A DNA stretch of 64,000 bases, taken from the IMG/VR virus record IMGVR_UViG_3300013137_000008; one strand, written 5' to 3'. The position numbers and the translations under genes are program-made. The notes below the pieces were generated by a model. That model was not told the origin of the DNA and did not search any database. It saw nothing but the letters and a program-made list of their open reading frames with translations. Positions 28,380 to 39,133 of the stretch are shown here, one piece after another (positions within the stretch are counted from its first letter, which is position 1; every line of letters starts with the position of its first letter). The stretch is from a virus. Taxonomy: Duplodnaviria > Heunggongvirae > Uroviricota > Caudoviricetes.

Positions 28380-28884
28380 CATTTATTATCATATTTGCTC
28401 ATTATGGAGCATACCTTATATTAAACGCCTTGTTTGACATTGTCAAGTATTATTCAATAAATCCTGTAAATATTTACTAAATTAAATAAAACAAATGTAC
28501 TATTAATTAATTATTTAATATACAGTCTCATATAAGACTGTTTTGGCAATATTCAATTAATATCGAATTATTTAATTTTCAGCCTTAATTTTGGTTGTGA
28601 CTGATCCAGTCTATAAATCCAGTCTAAGCGCATGACTGTATTTTAAGACTGTTTATCCTGTGGATTTATAGGCTATTTTACGCTGATTTATACGTGAATT
28701 TCAAGCCTATTTTACATAATAATTAGGTAATTAAATGCAGGTATCCAGTCGGTGAGTTTTGAAAAAGGCGGTCTCGTATGAGATTTTACGGCGGGTTTTG
28801 ACCTGGTTTTCAAGGCCTGGTGGAGAGCGGAAATTAGAGGGAAATTATCTTATATACTGTATATAGACTGTGAGTGGCATGTGG
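28380..28884. repeat. AT-rich non-coding region with repeated AGACTGT/CAGTCT words, an inverted repeat ACAGTCT-N6-AGACTGT and short direct repeats; candidate origin or regulatory region
   Basis: acagtctcatataagactgt (28522..28541), ccagtctataaatccagtcta, gactgtattttaagactgt, tatagactgtgag (28862..); GATTTATA x2; ctattttac x2. Confidence 0.5.
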
Positions 28885-29646
28885 TCACTGTAGGTTTAGT
28901 CGTGCCTCTACGTCTGCTTTACGTCTGCTCTTGCGTGGCTTGTGAATGAAGTTATCTATCTTGTTAGATGAGTAGGTTAGACTACTATGATGGGAACAGT
29001 GCGGACAACCTGTGCCATTCTGATTGCGGTTTGCTATGATTGCTTCATAAGGATGTCCATTGGGGCAAATCCAATGAGCTAATTTATGGGAATAAGGTGA
29101 GTAGTCATTGGGCGTTAAGGCATTGAGTTTATAATCCCATTCTTTTGCGAGGTTTGGGTTTTGTGTAGCAAGTGAGATGGTAGGGTTGATGTTCCGTTGT
29201 TTATGACACTTTGGACATTTAGAGCCATTGACTCTATGCGCTACCCGTGTCTCCCAACTGTTGCCACATTTACACTTCCACCAGTATGATCGGCTACTTT
29301 TGGGAGATACTGCCTGAGGGTTGACTTTGTTTTTACTGTAATCCCATTCCTTTAACAATTCAGGGTACATAGATGCAAAATTATGTTCTTGGGTAGTGGG
29401 TTGGTTATGGCTACAGTATGGGCATCCACTTTTACCAGAGCTTTCCAATGTCCTTGAGAATATTCGTGCAGTGTATCTATGACCCTGTGGGCAAACCCAC
29501 CTTGCTTTTTGTCCACTACCATAGGTAATAGTATCTAAGTCAATGTGTTTGTTGTGTTCAAAATCCCATTCCTTAATGAGTTCGGGAAATTTGTCTTTTA
29601 ATAAGTTATCTTTCATTTCATGTCTCCTTATAAGATATAGTAACAT
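28885..29646 (-). CDS. Protein with three treble-clef zinc-ribbon repeats (DUF4379-like)
   Basis: Three repeats of KEWD(F/Y)..N...W.C..GH.(Y/W)......R...G.GCP.C. Confidence 0.65.
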   Translation of the reverse strand: MLLYLIRRHEMKDNLLKDKFPELIKEWDFEHNKHIDLDTITYGSGQKARWVCPQGHRYTARIFSRTLESSGKSGCPYCSHNQPTTQEHNFASMYPELLKEWDYSKNKVNPQAVSPKSSRSYWWKCKCGNSWETRVAHRVNGSKCPKCHKQRNINPTISLATQNPNLAKEWDYKLNALTPNDYSPYSHKLAHWICPNGHPYEAIIANRNQNGTGCPHCSHHSSLTYSSNKIDNFIHKPRKSRRKADVEARLNLQ

Positions 29647-29830
29647 AGAATATTGTATTTGTCAAGAGTTGTCCATGTGGTGAATGTAGATACAAAAATG
29701 TGTCGCTAACAATGAGTTATTAGGGTAGAATAGTCTTGACATAAAGAAAGATTGTGCTATATTGAACACAAGATGTTAATCGCACAGTCTGTGCAACAGG
29801 AGAAAAGCTATCGGTGGTGCATTTGGTGAG

Positions 29831-30013
29831 ATGATGATGGCTGCCATTGGTGGCGTAGTCTGCTTCGTGGTTATCAAGGAAGTCATGGATGGGCAAAATA
29901 CCACGAGTTGGTCTACTTTGGAGATCACTCTGTTCACGACTATCGTCCCGTTATTGGCTGCTATCGGTGTCATCTTCGCTATCTTCGCAATCTTCCAGCG
30001 GATGACTCGCTAA
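29831..30013 (+). CDS. Small membrane protein
   Basis: Two TM helices; GGTGAG upstream. Confidence 0.3.
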   Translation: MMMAAIGGVVCFVVIKEVMDGQNTTSWSTLEITLFTTIVPLLAAIGVIFAIFAIFQRMTR

Positions 30014-30121
30014 CACCAGGCGTAAAAAAGTGGTTCGTGCAAACGATAATGAGAGCGATTACTTCGGTAGTCGCTCTCGCCATGTTTTTTGTGGTATAAT
30101 AAGGTAAAAAGGAGTCATGGA

Positions 30122-30328
30122 ATGTTAAAGCCTATAATGATATCGTCAGTGGTGTCAATGGTGGTGTATGCAACTCTTTCTTGGGTGGTGAAGTTCTTGG
30201 GGTGGACTGGGAGCAATGATGTGGAGTCGGCGTTGATTCAAGTGGTACTTCCTTTGGCAGTGGCTATCTGTGTTATTTTTGTTGTGTTTGGCTTTGTGAT
30301 AAAAGTTAGAAAAGCTGGAAAGGGCTGA
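30122..30328 (+). CDS. Small membrane protein
   Basis: Two TM helices; AAGGAG upstream; start at MLKPIM. Confidence 0.4.
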   Translation: MLKPIMISSVVSMVVYATLSWVVKFLGWTGSNDVESALIQVVLPLAVAICVIFVVFGFVIKVRKAGKG

Positions 30329-30506
30329 TAGGGCGTAGTCAGTCTTTAAAGGATTAGCTCCTTGCTTGAAAAAGTGAGGGGCTTTTTTCTTTTCAACTGC
30401 GGTTGAAAAGCATATCTTTTCCCTAATTGCGATTAAAAAGCATAGGTTAGCGACAAAAGACTTAAAAAACGTTGACTTATGTAGGTATAGTATGTATATT
30501 GGAAAT

Positions 30507-30656
30507 ATGGGTAAGTACTGTCCATTTTGCAGGTGTAAGCGTCCTCTTACCAAAGCAGGGGTGGCATATGGGGCGCATGGGCAGGCTGTGCAGAGGTGGA
30601 AGTGTACTAATAAAATGTGTAGCAAATTTACTATTAAGCCCTTAAGTGTGAAATGA
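30507..30656 (+). CDS. IS1595/InsA-like zinc-ribbon small protein (49 aa), candidate regulator
   Basis: MGKYCPFCRCKRPLTKAGVAYGAHGQAVQRWKCTNKMCSKFTIKPL. Stop overlaps the ATG of the giant gene. Below the ORF-track size cutoff. Confidence 0.5.
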   Translation: MGKYCPFCRCKRPLTKAGVAYGAHGQAVQRWKCTNKMCSKFTIKPLSVK

Positions 30657-33600
30657 GACACAGAAGTTTAAGTATATTATGCCTGCTGATTATACTCTTT
30701 AGTATAGTTAGTGTCTTTCTTGTTCCGCCTGCTCCTGTATATGCGGCATCGGATTTATATTGGGTGCATACTTTAGGTGGAAGTGGTACTGGGTCATGGT
30801 CTAATACGTCTTGTTGGTCAGCTACTTCAGGTGGTGCTGGTGGGGCTGGAGTACCTAACTCTACAGTAAATGTACATTTTGATAATATGTCCTTTAATGC
30901 AGTAGGACAAATTGTAACAGTCGATGCCACGGCTAATTGTTTATCAATGGATTGGACTGGAGCGAGTAATACACCAACACTGGCGATGGGCACCAATACT
31001 ATAAACATATATGGTAACTGCACGTTTATTGCTGTAATGGCACAGACATCATCTGCTGGCGGCACTCTGGATATCAAAGGTGTTTCAACAATAACAACCA
31101 ACGGGCTATCCTTGACCTCTGGAGTAACAGTGGGTGGAGCAACAGTTACTATCCAACTTGCAGACGCTTTAACTACTTCAAGAGATTTTACATTTACTGG
31201 TGCATCAACAAGTCCAACATTTCAAACGAATAACAATACAATGAACGTAAGGACGTTCCAAATCACCGGAAGTGGTGCAGGAACAAAAACATTAACTCTT
31301 GGCAATTCAACAATTAACATTGCGTCTAATGTGGCTGTGGGATGGGATTATGCAGGTTCAAATCTAACCTTAACAGCGAATACTGCAATAATCAATATTG
31401 CAGGAGCAGGGAACTTCAATGGTGGTGGTATTACAACCTACAACACAGTAAACCTCAATGGCACAGCCCATACCGTATCGGGCAACAATACCTTTGTAAA
31501 CTTCTATAGGAATGGGACAGCCACCAAAACAGACACATTGACATTAACCAGTGGCAGTACACAAACCGTAACAGGTGAATGTGGATTAAAAGGCAATAGC
31601 GCTACAAACAGACTTTTGGTGCAAAGCTCAACTCTTGGCTCAGCGGCTACCATTGATTTAAGTGCAGGTGGGAAATGTAAGACAGCCACAACCACACAGA
31701 ACGTAGACTTCATGGATATAACCATGTCCAATGGAGCAGCCAATGAAAGAGACTTATCTGCCATAACAGGATTAAGCGGTGACTGTGGTGGGAATACAGG
31801 GATAACCTTAACTACAAGCGCAACTCAAACATCAGGCACTACGGATACATGGTCAACAGCAGGCAAATGGACAAGCCGTGTACCACTTCCACAGGATGAT
31901 GTTAATTGCTCCCATAACTCTACAGTAGATATGCCAAGAATTGGGAGGAGTATTACATTTAGCGGGACACCAACGATAAGTTTGTCAAATGATATAAACA
32001 ACTATGGGTCATATACATTGGTAAGCGGAATGACCTATACGCACAATAGCTGGTACAATTATTTTAGAGGTAGGGATTCTTATACATTAACAAGTAATGG
32101 AAAGTCACTCTACTCTGTAAATATATCTGCCCCAACAGGGACATATCAAGTGCAGGATGACTTTACATGCAATACCAGTGGAGCGTTAAGTATTTCCTCA
32201 GGAACTTTTGACGCTAATAACAAAAACATTACAGCAGGACGATTTCTTGTTAATGGTTCATCGACCCGCACCGTTACAATGGGTTCAGGCACTTGGACAG
32301 CAAATAGGGCCACGGCAACAGATAAATGGGATGCCTCTACTACGACTGGACTTACTTTTAACGCAAATACATCTACTATAGTAATAACTAATTCATCGAC
32401 AAATGCGGAGAATTTTTATGGTGGTGGCTTAGCCTACAACAACGTAACCGTCCAGGGAGCAGGAAACTACGCCTTAACCATCAGTGGCAACAATACCTTC
32501 AACACTTTTACTGTGGATAGGTCAGTGGCGGCTAAGACGCTGACCCTGACAGCGGGTTCAAATACTACGGTCACAAATATGGTCTGCAATAAAAGCGATG
32601 CAAGATATTTGACTATCAATTCTACTGCTGGCACTGCATACCTCACAAAAGCTGGTGGTGGACAGTTAGGATTTACTAACCTTAATCTGTCGAATAATAC
32701 GGGTAATCCAGTCAATACATGGTACTATTCTCCTGAAAGCGTTATTGGTGCAAACGTAGTTAATTGGATATTGGACGCTCCACCTACAGTTACTACGGAT
32801 GGGGCATCGCCAATTGGAATGACCACTGCAAGTACAAATGGCACGATAACTTCACTAAACTTTGGCGGAAATGCCAATATTACAGGTGTTGATTGGGGCA
32901 CAGTTACAGGTGTATATGTACGTACACAGAATACTACTGGGGATTTTGGAATAGGCACATTCTATGAAAATTTGACTGGTCTGATTCAAGGTGAACTGTA
33001 TTACTTTAGAATGTATGCTTATAACGATGATGGTAGGGGAGATGGCGTTGAAAGTACATTTTTAACTAAACCTGTTGAACCAAATACATTCACCACTACA
33101 ACTTTAAATTCAACTGCAATCACCTGTAATTGGAATAAAGGACTTGGTGCGCTTAATACGGTAGTAAGATATAAGTTGGGTGGTTATCCCACAGATACAA
33201 CTGATGGTACTTTGGGTTATAATGGAACGCTGGCAACTTATCAGCAAAGCGGACTGGTTACTGACAATGTATACTTCTTCAGGGCATGGTCATGGGCAAG
33301 TGAGGGTACACGGCAACAGTATTCTGATTTATATGCTGGTAATTATACGGTAACATCAGGTATCCCTACACTTACTACGATAGCAGCGTCAAGTGTTGAG
33401 GAGACTACGGCTACAACTACGGGAATTATCACGTATTCGTATGCTAATTACACAGTATGGGGAACTCAATATGGCCTATCGTCTGGCTATGGTGGTTGGG
33501 CAAACAATACTGGTATATCTACAACTGTCCCATATCCATTCAATGATAACCTTGCTGTTCTGTCACAAGGTTCGTTATATTATTTCAGGGCTTATGCTGT

Positions 33601-34114
33601 CAATATCGTTGGTACTGGATATGGAGCACAACGTACATTCTTGACTAAACCTGTTGAACCTACGGTGTTGATAGTCACTAATTCCGCTCATTCTGCTTCA
33701 TTAACATGGACTAAAGGCGCAGGTGCGCTTAATACAGTTATAAAAGCTAAGATAGACGGTTATCCGTCAACTGTAGCTGATGGTACTCTGGTTTATAATG
33801 GAACAGCAGCGTCCTGCTCATTTACTCCACCTCTATCTACAAAGACATATTACTATAGAGCATGGTCATGGGCATCTAATTCTACTTGGAATGTCTACTC
33901 GGATTCTTATGCTGATTCAAGTTCACAAGGATTGATGTCAGACTTTGTGAAGATGATCGTCTCTGTAGTCTTTATGGCTGTAATGATTATGGCAATGCTG
34001 TTCTTACTTACGGCTACTCCTCTTGCTACCAATGCCTTCGGGATGATTTTGAGTTTGATAAGTTTTGCGTTCATGACCTTTATCGGTATCGCTATTATCA
34101 ATGCCCTGCTATAG
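30653..34114 (+). CDS. Giant secreted surface protein: signal peptide, Thr/Asn/Gly-rich beta-solenoid-like region, fibronectin-III-like repeats, C-terminal TM anchor
   Basis: Signal peptide ending VYAASD. Repeated LYYFR.YA.N..G.G......T.P..P and W.KG.GA...V.......P.......YNGT......GL.....YYFRAWSWAS modules. C-terminal hydrophobic helices. Confidence 0.8.
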   Translation: MRHRSLSILCLLIILFSIVSVFLVPPAPVYAASDLYWVHTLGGSGTGSWSNTSCWSATSGGAGGAGVPNSTVNVHFDNMSFNAVGQIVTVDATANCLSMDWTGASNTPTLAMGTNTINIYGNCTFIAVMAQTSSAGGTLDIKGVSTITTNGLSLTSGVTVGGATVTIQLADALTTSRDFTFTGASTSPTFQTNNNTMNVRTFQITGSGAGTKTLTLGNSTINIASNVAVGWDYAGSNLTLTANTAIINIAGAGNFNGGGITTYNTVNLNGTAHTVSGNNTFVNFYRNGTATKTDTLTLTSGSTQTVTGECGLKGNSATNRLLVQSSTLGSAATIDLSAGGKCKTATTTQNVDFMDITMSNGAANERDLSAITGLSGDCGGNTGITLTTSATQTSGTTDTWSTAGKWTSRVPLPQDDVNCSHNSTVDMPRIGRSITFSGTPTISLSNDINNYGSYTLVSGMTYTHNSWYNYFRGRDSYTLTSNGKSLYSVNISAPTGTYQVQDDFTCNTSGALSISSGTFDANNKNITAGRFLVNGSSTRTVTMGSGTWTANRATATDKWDASTTTGLTFNANTSTIVITNSSTNAENFYGGGLAYNNVTVQGAGNYALTISGNNTFNTFTVDRSVAAKTLTLTAGSNTTVTNMVCNKSDARYLTINSTAGTAYLTKAGGGQLGFTNLNLSNNTGNPVNTWYYSPESVIGANVVNWILDAPPTVTTDGASPIGMTTASTNGTITSLNFGGNANITGVDWGTVTGVYVRTQNTTGDFGIGTFYENLTGLIQGELYYFRMYAYNDDGRGDGVESTFLTKPVEPNTFTTTTLNSTAITCNWNKGLGALNTVVRYKLGGYPTDTTDGTLGYNGTLATYQQSGLVTDNVYFFRAWSWASEGTRQQYSDLYAGNYTVTSGIPTLTTIAASSVEETTATTTGIITYSYANYTVWGTQYGLSSGYGGWANNTGISTTVPYPFNDNLAVLSQGSLYYFRAYAVNIVGTGYGAQRTFLTKPVEPTVLIVTNSAHSASLTWTKGAGALNTVIKAKIDGYPSTVADGTLVYNGTAASCSFTPPLSTKTYYYRAWSWASNSTWNVYSDSYADSSSQGLMSDFVKMIVSVVFMAVMIMAMLFLLTATPLATNAFGMILSLISFAFMTFIGIAIINALL

Positions 34115-34162
34115 CGACAAATCTATTGACTTTTTATTTAAATTGTATGTATAGTAGAAAGT

Positions 34163-34309
34163 ATGGAACGGTATTGTCCTTTCTGCCGAAGTACGAAGCC
34201 CATGGTGAGGGCAGGGTTCTCTTGGGATAGGCATGGTGCTCACCAGCGGTGGTGGTGTAGGAATAGGGAGTGTAGAAGGTTTACCATTAAACCTCTGAAG
34301 AAGAAGTAA
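34163..34309 (+). CDS. IS1595/InsA-like zinc-ribbon small protein (paralog of 30507..30656)
   Basis: MERYCPFCRSTKPMVRAGFSWDRHGAHQRWWCRNRECRRFTIKPL; similar upstream promoter-like cassette. Confidence 0.5.
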   Translation: MERYCPFCRSTKPMVRAGFSWDRHGAHQRWWCRNRECRRFTIKPLKKK

Positions 34310-34438
34310 TCATGCCATATAAACGAATCGCCAACAAGATCTACCATTATAAGAATCATGGGTGGGTTTTGAAACAGAAATGCCAAAATGTCAACAACGC
34401 AAAGAAGGCTATGAGACTTTTGAGGAGTTTGGAAAAAC

Positions 34439-37400
34439 GTGAGGGGATTTAATCTCTTAGTTTTACTCACTTTACTATTGTTTCTATTCCCTTATCAGGT
34501 AATAGGAGACGATGGTGGGTATCAATTGGCAGTAGAATCGTTAGATAAAGGCGAGGGGTATTTTTATAAACAAACGGCAACTACTCCAAATCCTATTGTG
34601 AGTAATTCTTATGTAATAGGGCAGGAAGTAGTCGAAAAGCGTACAGAGAACTCTAAAACCACTTATTTAGGCAAGGTCGGAAATAAAGAAAAATATGCCC
34701 TTGAAGTTTCAATGGGGCCAATTCATTACAAGGATAACTATAATGACCCTAATGAACAATGGAAAGATATTGATTTAACATGGGAAAATGGGAAAATTAC
34801 TAAGGCTCCATATGAGTTGACCGTTGATGGGAATTCTATAACAGTCAGAGATAAAAAGACCAATTCTATTGTCGCGTTGACGTTATCAGAGATTGGGGGG
34901 AAATCTATTGGTAAACATTCCTTAGAATACTTAAAAGGGAAAGCAGTTGCAAAAGATATAGCATTAGATACAGACTTGGAAATTACAGCAACTAATACCA
35001 ATGTTCAGTTCTCGCGTATTCTTAAGACTAGTGCTGCTGCGAAAGAGGCTAAATTTGGTTTTTCTAAGGTGGGTGGTGGAATTTCTGTTAGATGTGTGGG
35101 TGAGGATAGTAGTGTTGGAGAAAACAAGAATATAAAGGTTGAAAGTAGTATTAAAGATGGTGTATTAACTGAGACTGTTAACGATGTAGGCCTAGCTTAT
35201 CCTGTTAAGATTGACCCTTCTATAACTGTGCAATTAGCATCAGCTAATGCGAGTTGTAATGTATACTGGGATACGGGATTCGCTTGGGCTTATGCGAGCG
35301 GGGTTTATTGTTATGTAGGGAGAACTACTTTTGGAACAAGAGAGCGTGATGGTGGTGGGTTATTATTTCAGAGTGTAAGCATTCCTCAAGGTTCCTCTAT
35401 TAGTACTGCCTATATCAACTTTACTGCTAGGTTAGCAGATATACAATTTACTACATATTCAAGGCTTACAGGTGAGGATGTGGATAATGCCCGTTTATTT
35501 GCGAATTTGACTGATTACCAGACTAGACGTGGTACTGCTGTAGGTGGAGCATCTAATATTTATCTTACATCAGCAAATGTGTCGTGGACAATGGATGGAT
35601 GGACAACTGTAAATGCGACATACCAATCTCCTAGTATAGTTACAATAGTGCAAGAGATTGTATCAAGGGTTGGTTGGGCAAGCGGTAATTCCATGAATAT
35701 ATTTTTTGACGATCATGAATCTCGTAGTTCGTCAGACAATCGTGTTAGGCGTGCGTGGAATTTTTATGATGATTCATCTAAATCCCCAAAATTGTATATC
35801 GTTTATATCAGTAGTGCGATAGTATCTACCTTAAATGCAAGTGATGTTGAAGAGACAACTGCAACTGTAGGTGGCAATGTTACGGAAATGGGTGGGGGAA
35901 ATATTACATCTTATGGGATACAATATGGCCTATCAACAAGCTATGGTTCGTGGTGTAACCATACAGAAACAAAAACAGCAATATTTACATGGAACTGTTA
36001 TTTAGGGACTAACACTTCATCTTTAACGCAAGGGTTATTGTATTACTACAGGGCATGGACGTATGATAATACATATGGGTATGGGTATGGTTCACAACTC
36101 ACGTTTTTGACCAAACCTGAAGCCCCAACGGGGTTTGTTTGTACCACGGTTAACAGCACGGCTATTTCATACGTATGGGTCAAAGGTACTGGGGCAGATT
36201 ATACGTATATAAGGTATAAGGATGGTGGATATCCTGCTAATGTTGCTGATGGCATAGAGTCGTATAATGGGACGGGAACGTCAAATACACAATCTGGGTT
36301 GACTGATGGGCATACATATTATTTCAGGGGATGGTCATGGGTTTCTAACACTACATTAACACAATATTCTGATGGGTATGATGGGTGTTTTTCAACCACT
36401 TATGACCCTCCTATAGTGACTACTACAGCGGCATCTTTAGTAGAGGAAACCACAGCAACTACAGGTGGTAATATTGTATCATCTCCATTTGCAATAACTA
36501 CATGGGGTGTTCAGTATGGCACTACCAGTTCGTATGGTTCGTGGGCAAATACATCGAGCAATCCAGGTTTACCATACGCATTTTCAAAGAACCTTACTTC
36601 TCTTTCAAAAGGCACGTTCTATTATTTCAGGGCGTTTGCTGAACATGCTTCGGGTGCTGGTTATGGTGCTCAAAATACTTTCTTGACTAAACCTGACCCA
36701 CCTGTGCTGGCGGTCACAGCATTAAATGCTTCAGCAGTTACGCTATCATGGATAGTGGGTGATGGTGCGGACTATACATATATAAGGTATAGGACTGTTT
36801 CATGTCCTGCAACCATAGCAGATGGTACACTTGCAGGAAATATATCTGCTCCTACAGCATCACTGATTGTAAGTAACCTAACTACGTTGCAGACCTATTA
36901 TTTTTCAGCATGGAGTCATTCTACTGGTGGGGCGACCTATCAATTCTCGGATACATACGATTGTGAAAGTCAGCAAGTACCAGGTTTACCTACTGTGACT
37001 ACCAACGCTCCTACAGGATATGGAAATGATTGGGCAAGTGTCAGTGGAACACAAACAGGTGGATACCCTGTTTCAACACTATTTGGGTTTCAATATGGGA
37101 CTACAATAGGGTATGGGTCATGGTCAAATACTACGATTACAGTAGCTGGCGGGAGCTTTTCAGCTACAATTTCAGGATTAACTCCATCATCCTCATATCA
37201 TTACAGGGCGTTTGCGGTGAATCCTTACGGTGTTGGGTATGGCGCAGATATGACTTTTTCTACAGCAGGTACGGCTATTCTTTACGAGAATCATCAATAT
37301 GGATGTAATACAACGTGGTCACAGGTTTATGATACTGATTCTACTTCAATTTCTGCTAACTGGACTTCAGGTACGATTGCTTCATATTCAACTCAACCTG

Positions 37401-39133
37401 TGTTTGGTAATAACTGGACTGCCCAGACGTTTACTACCACTCAGGCACATTCAGTTCATCAAGTAGTCCTGTGGATGTCACGTACAACTACAGCAGCAGC
37501 AGGGTATGTTTACGTTTCAATACGTGAAGCGACTACAGATAACGTAACCTCTCCAGATTTGGGATTAGGATTATATGCAATAGCTTATGTGCCTGCAAAT
37601 GGTGGGCCATGTGAAGTATCACTTGAAAACGAAATACAATTAGATGCAAGTAAAAAATATGCGATTGTGGTCAGAGCACCATCAGCAGACGCTACTAACT
37701 ATGTCTCAATATGGGGAAGCGCAGCCGCTACCTCTATCTATGCAACTGGCAATGCTATCCGTTCTATCACTGGTGGGGCATCATGGGTAACTCAAGACTA
37801 TGATGTGTTCTTCTCTATAATTGGGCGTCCGCAACCTATCTATGGTAATATTCAAGCGGCTCAATCCTTTACTGTTGGTACAACTCCTCATACGGCGTAT
37901 AAGGTTCGGTTGATTTTGGGCAGGATAGGACAACCTGGAAATATATATGTATCTATCCGCAACTATTCAGGTGGAGTGATATCAAATGCTGATTTAGCAG
38001 TTGTAGCACTAAATGGAAATGCAATTACTCTTGATAAGGCAATGTATGATTGTGTACTTGTGCCAGAAAAAAGTTTGGAGGCAAGTAAACAATACGCCAT
38101 TATAGTTTCAGCACCATCAGGGGATAGGTATAACTATATCTTAATGTGTGCGGATGTTGGAGCGGGTTATGCAGATGGAACGGCTCTGTTGTCTTCTGAT
38201 AGTGGACTTACGTGGGTTGCACAGGCTTATGATTATAACTTTGAGGTATGGGGCAATGCCTGTCTTAATGTCTTGAACGCAAAGGTTTTCCGCAATTATT
38301 TAGTCTCAGGTGACTGGCTGATTGTATCGGAAACCCTGAACGTATCTCCACCATACTATGATGCTAACCAAGACCCGTCAACTCTTTTTATTCTGAGTTT
38401 CATGGGATTAGCAGGGACTACGTATGCTTCCACTCCCTGTGAATTGTGGGAAAAAGGGCCGATAGCTATTTATTTGAATCCTACTCAGGCATCAGCCCTG
38501 ACATGGGGTGGAAATTACAAGGTACGCCTTAGTAATATCGGAGGCACTATCTACAGTGAATACGGGTTGATTTCAACTGACTGGAGTTCTTCTTCATTGG
38601 TGTATTTAGATAACTGGGTACGGTTGGTAGCAAAGGATATGGAATCTTACCAAACAACCCGCACAGGTACTACTGTAACTTATTTAACGTATGTTGCTGA
38701 CAAGGGCTATGTTCTGAATCAGGATGGTGGGGCGATTTTTAACCAGGCTTGCCCACGTCTTTCTTATGTACGTCCTGACCTATTCCAAATTACCTCAAAT
38801 CAACCAGACATAACCACTACCCCAGTAACCACTACAAGCGTTGACTATCATGTTATTCTTGGTTCGTATCTATCTGGTCTGATAGACCAAGGGGCAGGGG
38901 CAATGGGTATTGGGGATGCAAAGGCGGCGGGGGGGATAATGATAGTCGCAATCTACGCAATCATCGCCTTTGGGACTGTGATAAAAGGATTTGCGTGGGC
39001 TGGCATGATTGCAGCCTTCCCAATAATCCTTTTGGGAATGTACTACGGTTTATTAGATATGGGCATGATTCTTGTCATGCTTGTTATTCTCGTATTCTTA
39101 TTCGTGAGAGAATTTTTTATGAAAGGTGGATAA
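34439..39133 (+). CDS. Giant secreted surface protein with multiple FN3-like domains and C-terminal multi-TM anchor
   Basis: GTG start with GAGGAG SD; signal peptide; FN3-like YYFRAW motifs; shared module VQEIVSRVGWASGNSMNIFFDDH; C-terminal TM helices. Confidence 0.8.
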   Translation: MRGFNLLVLLTLLLFLFPYQVIGDDGGYQLAVESLDKGEGYFYKQTATTPNPIVSNSYVIGQEVVEKRTENSKTTYLGKVGNKEKYALEVSMGPIHYKDNYNDPNEQWKDIDLTWENGKITKAPYELTVDGNSITVRDKKTNSIVALTLSEIGGKSIGKHSLEYLKGKAVAKDIALDTDLEITATNTNVQFSRILKTSAAAKEAKFGFSKVGGGISVRCVGEDSSVGENKNIKVESSIKDGVLTETVNDVGLAYPVKIDPSITVQLASANASCNVYWDTGFAWAYASGVYCYVGRTTFGTRERDGGGLLFQSVSIPQGSSISTAYINFTARLADIQFTTYSRLTGEDVDNARLFANLTDYQTRRGTAVGGASNIYLTSANVSWTMDGWTTVNATYQSPSIVTIVQEIVSRVGWASGNSMNIFFDDHESRSSSDNRVRRAWNFYDDSSKSPKLYIVYISSAIVSTLNASDVEETTATVGGNVTEMGGGNITSYGIQYGLSTSYGSWCNHTETKTAIFTWNCYLGTNTSSLTQGLLYYYRAWTYDNTYGYGYGSQLTFLTKPEAPTGFVCTTVNSTAISYVWVKGTGADYTYIRYKDGGYPANVADGIESYNGTGTSNTQSGLTDGHTYYFRGWSWVSNTTLTQYSDGYDGCFSTTYDPPIVTTTAASLVEETTATTGGNIVSSPFAITTWGVQYGTTSSYGSWANTSSNPGLPYAFSKNLTSLSKGTFYYFRAFAEHASGAGYGAQNTFLTKPDPPVLAVTALNASAVTLSWIVGDGADYTYIRYRTVSCPATIADGTLAGNISAPTASLIVSNLTTLQTYYFSAWSHSTGGATYQFSDTYDCESQQVPGLPTVTTNAPTGYGNDWASVSGTQTGGYPVSTLFGFQYGTTIGYGSWSNTTITVAGGSFSATISGLTPSSSYHYRAFAVNPYGVGYGADMTFSTAGTAILYENHQYGCNTTWSQVYDTDSTSISANWTSGTIASYSTQPVFGNNWTAQTFTTTQAHSVHQVVLWMSRTTTAAAGYVYVSIREATTDNVTSPDLGLGLYAIAYVPANGGPCEVSLENEIQLDASKKYAIVVRAPSADATNYVSIWGSAAATSIYATGNAIRSITGGASWVTQDYDVFFSIIGRPQPIYGNIQAAQSFTVGTTPHTAYKVRLILGRIGQPGNIYVSIRNYSGGVISNADLAVVALNGNAITLDKAMYDCVLVPEKSLEASKQYAIIVSAPSGDRYNYILMCADVGAGYADGTALLSSDSGLTWVAQAYDYNFEVWGNACLNVLNAKVFRNYLVSGDWLIVSETLNVSPPYYDANQDPSTLFILSFMGLAGTTYASTPCELWEKGPIAIYLNPTQASALTWGGNYKVRLSNIGGTIYSEYGLISTDWSSSSLVYLDNWVRLVAKDMESYQTTRTGTTVTYLTYVADKGYVLNQDGGAIFNQACPRLSYVRPDLFQITSNQPDITTTPVTTTSVDYHVILGSYLSGLIDQGAGAMGIGDAKAAGGIMIVAIYAIIAFGTVIKGFAWAGMIAAFPIILLGMYYGLLDMGMILVMLVILVFLFVREFFMKGG

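Noticed and set aside
30634-31101. Antisense or alternative-frame ORFs inside the giant genes and DnaB (e.g. 30634..31101, 31504..31764, 32467..32958, 34738..35001, 43702..43923, 44669..45118, 47950..48387, 51919..52227, 7416..7691)
   Set aside because: They lie entirely within long, clearly coding opposite-strand or other-frame genes, are low-complexity and lack start-site signals. They are treated as spurious.
34312-34452. 46-aa basic ORF (MPYKRIANKIYHYKNHGW...) between the second zinc-ribbon gene and the giant gene
   Set aside because: It overlaps the GTG start of 34439..39133 in another frame and has no recognisable motif, so it was not called.
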